Assembly (NCBI RefSeq): GCF_009914755.1
Contig: NC_060947.1
Length of the DNA stretch: 64,000 bases
Source: the human T2T-CHM13v2.0 reference genome, Homo sapiens
Reading direction: 5' to 3' (one strand)
Position numbers and translations under genes: made by a program. Every line of letters begins with the position of its first letter. Within the stretch, counting starts at the first letter, position 1. Shown here one piece after another: positions 57,093 through 64,000 of this stretch. A model generated the notes under the pieces. The model did not search any database and was not told the origin of the DNA. It saw only the letters and a list, made by a program, of their open reading frames with translations.

Positions 57093-58324
57093 TGTAAGAT
57101 CAGAGGCTGGTATCTTTACAGAGCCTTAAGTCTATATGACACTTTCAGCAAAGTGAACTTAGTTTGAACTTCTGTTATTTTATTGGAATGGAGGGAAATT
57201 TCTAGCCCAAATGTACAACCAACAGTACCGTGGTAGCCCACCTCTGAGTATGCCTTAGACCTAGAATATGGACTGTGTCAACTTTTCCTGATCGTGGTAG
57301 TGATAAGCAATGTCATGCAAATATAGGCTTTCCAAAAGAATTTAAAAGGTGACCTTACAAATATCTTAGAAATGAAATATATAAAAAGGATGGTGATGAA
57401 TCTCTGAAGAGTATTTTTAGGGAAAAATACATAGCCTAGTTTTTAGACCTATTTCTGAAAGCATATGCATTAAGCAAATGCCTGGGCTCTCATGAGGCAA
57501 GTCAAAATAAAGATCCATCAGATATCACAGGTGGAGTGAGAACAGAACTGAAATTAACACATGAAGAGCAGGAAAATTCAGATAAGTTTAATGTAATAAG
57601 ATTGCCTCTTCTATTCCAGCAACCTGCTCACTATTCCTCTCAATGTCCCATGATACTGTGGACCCAAAACTCCAAGGGAACCAATCTAAGATGACTCTTG
57701 ACAACATTCTGAAATATACTCTTGAATTCTCTCCAACTCATCTCATGAAAAATACTTTGCCTCACTTTTATCAGTGTTAAATAAGGTCACTGTCTGCCAG
57801 GTAATGATAGTTAAAAAGAATTGATCATCTATTTTTGTTAATATGCTGGCTAGTTACTAAGGCATGTATCTCAACTCAGTTAAAAAGCACCTGCTTTCAG
57901 AATACTCTGCAGAAGTGATCAGATGATACAGATACCATCCACCATGTCTGTTATTATTTTAACTGAGCATGTTTGCATGACCACCACTACCAACACAACT
58001 ACCCCAAATCCGCCAAAAAGATTGCTACTTGTATTAGCCACATGCAGTAGACTAGGAGATTCTTGCTTGTGCAGACAGAGCCATTCTCTTTAACTGCTTT
58101 CAGCAATACTTTCTATGAGTGCTTTTTGATGTTTGCTCCTTTAAATTATATGTGTACATATTCAAAGGATGAATAATGTGTCAATTGAATAAATATGCAG
58201 AGGTCATTAGCTACTACCAGCAGATTTTTAGTTATTTTCCTTGATAAGTGAAAATAAAAATCATACTAAATAACAAAAAGCATGAAATATTCAAACTTCT
58301 ACATTTCGGTTTGCTCAAGTTTTC

Positions 58325-58548
58325 TCTGCCTCTACCTCCCGGGCTCAAACGATCAACCCACCTTAGCCTACAAGTAGCTGGGATTACAGGCACATGCAAC
58401 CACAACTGGCTAATTTTTGTATTTTTTTGTAGAGACAAGGTTTTGCCATGTTTCCCATGCTGGTCTCAAACTCCTGAGCTCCAGCGTTCTACACACCTTG
58501 GCCTCCCAAAGTGCTGGAATTACAGGTGTACGCCACTGCGCCCAGCCT
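58325..58548 (-). mobile_element. AluJ-like, truncated, ~80 bp upstream of a KLHL4 exon
   Basis: cctcccgggctcaaacgatc, tttttgtagagacaagg and ctcctgagctc. Confidence 0.87.
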
Positions 58549-58626
58549 CTAAAGTTATATAAATACAAATACGTTCTTTCTAATGGTGAACTCTCCATTC
58601 ATATACCATGCATCACTACTTTTCAG

Positions 58627-58813
58627 TTACTGGCAGATCTTGAAACCAGTTCCATGTTTACTGGTGATCTTGAGTGTCAGAAGCTCCTGATGGAAGCTAT
58701 GAAGTATCATCTTTTGCCTGAGAGAAGATCCATGATGCAAAGCCCTCGGACAAAGCCTAGAAAATCAACTGTGGGGGCACTTTATGCTGTAGGAGGCATG
58801 GATGCTATGAAAG
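58627..58813 (+). CDS. KLHL4: KLHL4 coding exon (probably exon 6), 187 nt: [62 protein letters not shown](G), linker and start of kelch repeat 1
   Basis: cttttcAG acceptor and AAAG|GTAAAA donor. RTKPRKST and LYAVGG are typical of the KLHL1/4/5 clade. Phase 0 start fits the previous exon. Confidence 0.95.
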
Positions 58814-59103
58814 GTAAAAATAACTTAGAGTGTCTTCATTCAAAAAAGATACATTCTTAACAGCCTCCAAATTATAAGGGTGATATTAAAGCCATGTTAA
58901 ATGAGTGCACCTAAAGTGAATTTTCATAAATAGGGTGCATTATATGATTTTTGTGACCTCATTTTTCTACTTACCTTATGAGACATAACCTTTCAATTAG
59001 TGTTGAACTCTTAATAGGCACTTTTACTTTACAGAAGCTGTTTTAAGATTTGAATATTTACTTTGCCATATTTTATCTTTTCAAGGAAAACTTATTTAAT
59101 GTT

Positions 59104-59805
59104 TGTGAACCCGAAAGTATGTGAGACAGGTCTCAATTAATTTAAAAAGTTTATTTTGCCAAGGTTAAGAATGCACCCATTCTTAACCCCAGGGGGTCAG
59201 GGTACATCTTGGTTTTATACATTTTAGGGAGATATCAGACATCAACGTGTAAGGTATACATTGGTTCTGTCCGGAAACGCGAGACAACTCAAACTGGGGG
59301 CCTTCTAGGTCATAAGTAGGTAAGAGACAGATGGTTGCATTCTTTTGAGCATCTGATTAGCTTTTCACTGAATACACAATTTACATATGAGGGAGGTACA
59401 AGAATAGTCACTTATGCCTTAGTCTGGCTTAGAGAATATGCATTTTTTTCATAAACAATAAAACAGAGGAAGCAATCAGATGCATATTTGTCTCAGGTGA
59501 ACAGAGGGATGACATTGAGTTCTGTCATTCCTTTGTCCTGCACCTATGAAAATAAGCTGTCAATTTACACTGCCGTTGTGAAATTCAACGTAACTTTTTA
59601 AGGGTAAGCATCTGGAGGCCCACAAGGAATTTCCTTGTGGGCAAATTGTGAGGGATGTATGTAGCTTTAAAAAAAAAAAAAAAACTCAGTATTTATCTTA
59701 TTTAGGAATAAAAAGGGAGGAAAGATTTGCCTGACACAGTTCCCAGCTTGACTTTTCCTTTTGGCTTAGTGATTTGGGGGTCCCAAGACTTATTTTCCTT
59801 TCACA
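59104..59805 (-). mobile_element. MER4A-like ERV1 solo LTR
   Basis: tgtgaacccgaaa...gagacaggtctcaattaatttaaaaagtttattttgccaagg ... ttttcctttcaca, with 4-bp TSD TGTT on both sides. Confidence 0.88.
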
Positions 59806-61611
59806 TGTTAATCAGAAAGGAAGAGACTGTAACTGGCAAAAGGTCTGGCTGCTGGCCACTTGTAGAAAGAAGCCATAATAACAAGAGTGAGGTGCGATAA
59901 AAAGAGAGCAAGATTTTCATTTCCATGCTAGTAAGAAGAGGAGTGGGTGGAATTCTTTCCAAAAAATGTCTACTCTTCCATTTGTAGAAGGAATGTGGGG
60001 GCTTTAAAGAGAGAGTTTGGAATGCAGAATAGGCAGGGTGGCTAGGAAGTGTCAGGTGTTGTGACACCCTTCAATGGCTTGTGTTGAATTATTTATCGTT
60101 CCATCTGGTAAAGGGGCTGGTGCCATCATGGCCAGAGGTGTCTGGTCTGTATCAGCATCCGGCCCCTGAAGCTTCTCAGGAAATATTTGACCAGATGAGT
60201 GAGTATGGTGTGTGTTTATCAAGCATCTAGGTAACCAGTGTGCATAAGGCATGGGAGCATAGAATGGGATAAGAAAGGGAGTGGAGGAAAGAAAACATTC
60301 CAAGGATGTAAAGTTTATCTCAGAGCTACATCTTGAAACTGTGGGTGACGGGAAATGAGGAAAGGAAAGGGGATAGAAAAAAAAAAGTTTAAAAACTTGG
60401 TTTGAAGTCCTACTGGAATCACATTATTTTCTTTGATATATATAATTGAAAATTGGAAGACTACATAGTAACAATGCTTATTAATCATAAGCCCATAAAA
60501 CAAGAGATTGCAAATGCAATTATTTGCAGATTTGTAGGGTTACTTCAAGAACTGATGTGCTTCAGGAAATAACAGATAACAATGTTTTTGTATTTTGTAA
60601 CAATAATGTTACAAGCTAGGTTTTATAGGGCAATGAGATCCTATAATTAATTTCCAGTCTGGCAACTTGAGGTTTTATTGAATTTTTATTGACTAAATTG
60701 AATATTAATAGCATATTAGAAGGTTTTTTGTTTGGCATTTAAATTACAAGAGAACTAATTAAAAAATGCAAGTACAGTTATCTTTCGTTTCTGACTCTGA
60801 AAAAAGCCTAATTTGCATTGTGAGAAATGGAAAACTTTGTGTTTGTTTGGTTTTTGTGTTTGTTTTTTATTTTTTATTTTTGGCATTTTTTTCGGGCTAA
60901 TCTTGGTTAAATTATTGTTACCATAAAGGAATGTATTAAAACAAATGTTTATAAGTATCTATAACTCCTTATCAGTCTCTAAAAATGAGTGAAATATGAA
61001 CCTATAATCTCTGGACTCTATTACCAAAGTTTGTTATGGAAGTAAATGAAGGCATGAGACACTTTGAATTCCTGGTATACGGAGACACTATAAAAGGCTC
61101 ACGGGACGTTGCAGACCATTAAAAGAATAGTAAAACCTTACATTTTTGATTACTTAATCTTTGGCATTTTGCAAACATCGTTCCTAATCCTCACAATAAT
61201 GTTACAATAATGTTACCGTTACTTTGCACATCTTAAGTTTAGATAGCCAACCAAAGGACAAACATTAAGAAAGGCTGGAGATGAAATTCTTATTCAAATA
61301 CGATGTTCCTTTTTCTACACTGCCACTATTACAGACAAAAGAACAACAACAAAACTCTCTGGGGGTTTTAGAATCTATTGGAAAACCAGGGTAAACACGT
61401 AGTAGCAAAAAAAAGAAAAAAGAGAAAAAGAAAGAAAAAACCTAAGAAGTATAACAAAAACATTAAATGGGCAGCATTTATCTGTATAAAGCAGTATGAC
61501 ATTGAAAAATGTACTACTTTACATATTTTCACAAAAGTATAAACATTAATTTCTATACATACACCTTTTCTTATTGTGTGTTGCTTCAGTTATTTTTAAA
61601 AGATGTTTTTG

Positions 61612-61742
61612 ACTACATATTGAGTACAGTGTACACTGCTTGGGTGATGAATGCACTAAATTCTCAGAAATCACCACCAAAGAACTTACCCATGTAACCT
61701 AAAACCACCTGTACCCCCAACACTATTGAAATTTTAAAAATT
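61612..61742 (+). mobile_element. L1PB-like 3' end
   Basis: tacagtgtacactgcttgggtgatg..tgcactaaa.tctcagaaatcaccac..aagaactta..catgtaacc. Confidence 0.8.
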
Positions 61743-63389
61743 TGAAAAATTTAACTTTTATATTTTGATGTTTAGGAAATACAGGGCTTCCTCAGACTCT
61801 AATTTCCTCTCTGACTCATATAACAAGCTCAGAATTGCTGTTAAATACAGATATCACACAAATGGCTGGGGCTAACTATAACTCCTACAATGTATTTGAA
61901 AGAATCATTAGAAAGTGCTAAGTATAATCATAGAGTCAAAATTGTTAACTTGCCAGTTAGTAAACTTTGGATGTCTTGTACGTACATAATATTTTGTAAA
62001 TTTGTATTTGTTTAAAAACTAAATTCTGAATAAAGCATATGGCAGGAGACAAGGTAAAGGCTAATACTGTCGCTTTTGGAACATTTGTAAAGTAAATGGA
62101 GGAAATCATTACATCAGATATATTCACTACTGCAGGAACTACAGTGTTCTCAGCAACACTGATAAGTTTGACAGGTTTTGTTCACTCTTGAATACATTAT
62201 GAACGAAGATTGGGTAAGAGCTTAGAAATGAATTGAGAATATATCAAACGTTCTGGGGCAGAGAGTTATTCATACAGAAAAATTTTAAAGGAAAAGATGG
62301 TAAAAAAATTGAATTTATGTTTTTCCATCTAATATAGAGCTGTCCTAGTAAAGCAGCTAGAGAATATACATTTTGATTAGTTGAAGGATTGGTGGGGGTG
62401 GACAAAGGGGCTGGAGAAGTCTTCAGAATTCAATATGTAGAACTACTAGTCATAAATGCTCATGTTGCAGTCAAAAGTTATGGGATCATTTTATCTTTAT
62501 TGAATCTAATGCCTTGAAAAGTTTAACCTGGCATGAATCACACACCTACATCTCTCAGTGTAAATCTTCTACATACAGCTGACTAATGTAGATTTCTACA
62601 ATTTTCTAATTACCCCACCATTCGTATCTTCATAATCATAACAATGAGTGCAGACTAGCTTTTATTTCCTAATCTAAATTAGGTCATCCGTAAATTGCAC
62701 TAACACAAAGAGAACTAAAAGTTAAAATTAGAACAAGCAGATAAGAATACAGAAGTAGGAAGATTGGGATGAGGAAATGGAAAGAATTGGAAAACATTCA
62801 GAGAAAACTGACTGGTTAAACATAGAATAAAAGTAGGTGTGAGTTTCTAGTTATTTCAGTTTTAACATTACCATCAAAAGATATTTAGTGTAGAAAACAT
62901 ATTTTGATAGGTGTTATAATTTGACCTCTTAGCAGGAAATATAGTCAGTAGAGCAATTGCTAATGTATAAATCAGTATTCAGTCAAATCCATGTTATCAG
63001 TGAAGGAGGCAATAATGAAAGAGAAAGAGTAAATAAGTCCCTGTGTATTTACAAGTTTGTGCTAGAAAATCCAAAATCTTGGAACACAAATACTTGCAGT
63101 GCACTATTCACCAGAAAATATTTAAACTTAGAGGAAGGAAACACTGTTTCCACTAATTCAATCTAATCAAGGAGCAGTTATATATTTAATATACACTCTG
63201 CTTAAATTTTGACACTGCCAATGGTTATGCTTCAAATGTTAATTAACTACATCTTCATTATAACTAATGAACTGCATTTTCTTCACAAATCTCCCAATAA
63301 AGGAGCAACTGGAAAGTATTTTTGCTTATTACTGTGGCTGATTTTGTGTAATTGGGATGAAATTTTTTTTTCTTTTCTAGCAAATGAGG

Positions 63390-63499
63390 TTTTTTTTTAA
63401 ATTATTATTATACTTTAAGTTTTAGGTTACATGTGCACAATGTGCAGGTATGTTACATATGTATACATGTGCCATGTTGGTGTGCTGCACCCATTAACT
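63390..63499 (-). mobile_element. Young L1PA 3' end (~110 bp)
   Basis: T tract followed by attatactttaagttttagg.tacatgtgcacaatgtgcagg...gcacccattaact. Possible degenerate TSD atgaggtttt / atgaaatttt. Confidence 0.9.
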
Positions 63500-63841
63500 A
63501 TGAAATTTTTTAAACCTGCCACAAACTCTATTAGATATACTATATAGATGTAAAAAATAATTCTATTATTTTCCACCCTGGTTATTATTCAGAAGTTTCC
63601 CTGTTGTGCAAAATCAGCTTTTACTAAAAAATAGCAACAACTATTATGAATGAATGGTAAGAAGCATTGCCTACTGAAGTGACAATTCATTATGGCAGTA
63701 GTGATAGTTTACTTTGTCAATAGTGACAGTATACTATGGCAGTAAACTTTGCACATTAGTAATTGAATAGAAAATACAATTATATTAACACTTAAAGAAA
63801 GTAATACCTTGTAATTCTATATTCTCAACTGTAATATTTTG

Positions 63842-64000
63842 TGCTACTGAAGCAGGTTCATTGTCTGGGGTAACACCTGAGGTTCGTTGTCTCTTGGCCA
63901 CAGAAATCAAAGACATGGACACACAAAGAGTGAGATTAAGAGCAGAAATTTAACAGGCAAAAGAAAGAGAATAGCTCTCCGCTACAGAGAAGGGTCCTGG
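63842..64000 (-). mobile_element. ERV1-type LTR (MER61/MER51-group-like) running off the window end
   Basis: ggacacacaaagagtgagattaagagcagaaatttaacaggcaaaagaaagagaatagctctc pattern. Family assignment uncertain. Confidence 0.6.

Noticed and set aside
59619-59643. GCCCACAAGGAATTTCCTTGTGGGC inverted repeat
   Set aside because: I recall it as part of the MER4A consensus, so it is not locus-specific. Unverified.

Overview
Primate (almost certainly human) AT-rich genomic DNA from inside KLHL4, a Kelch-like BTB-BACK-Kelch gene recognised from its translated exons. Five + strand coding exons lie at 46891-58813. They are phase-consistent, have GT-AG boundaries and encode the BTB and BACK domains and the start of kelch repeat 1. 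The first ~47 kb is one long upstream intron dominated by L1, LTR (LTR12, MST, MER50), Alu, L2/MIR and DNA transposons (MER75 piggyBac, MER1B, Tigger3, MER5). Almost all other ORFs in the supplied track are repeat debris. I found no convincing new multi-gene biological system. The most notable items are (1) a ~69-bp Alu insertion with a perfect TSD and a 5' inversion that looks like twin priming, (2) a complete TTAA-flanked MER75 that keeps an open 49-codon PGBD4-like N-terminal ORF, (3) an antisense Alu offering an in-frame alternative acceptor upstream of a KLHL4 exon, (4) short putative L1 3' transductions, (5) an antisense LTR12 promoter, and (6) several fold-back or tandem-duplication repair scars. 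Repeat subfamily calls and consensus comparisons come from memory and need RepeatMasker/Dfam confirmation. Boundaries of old repeats are approximate.
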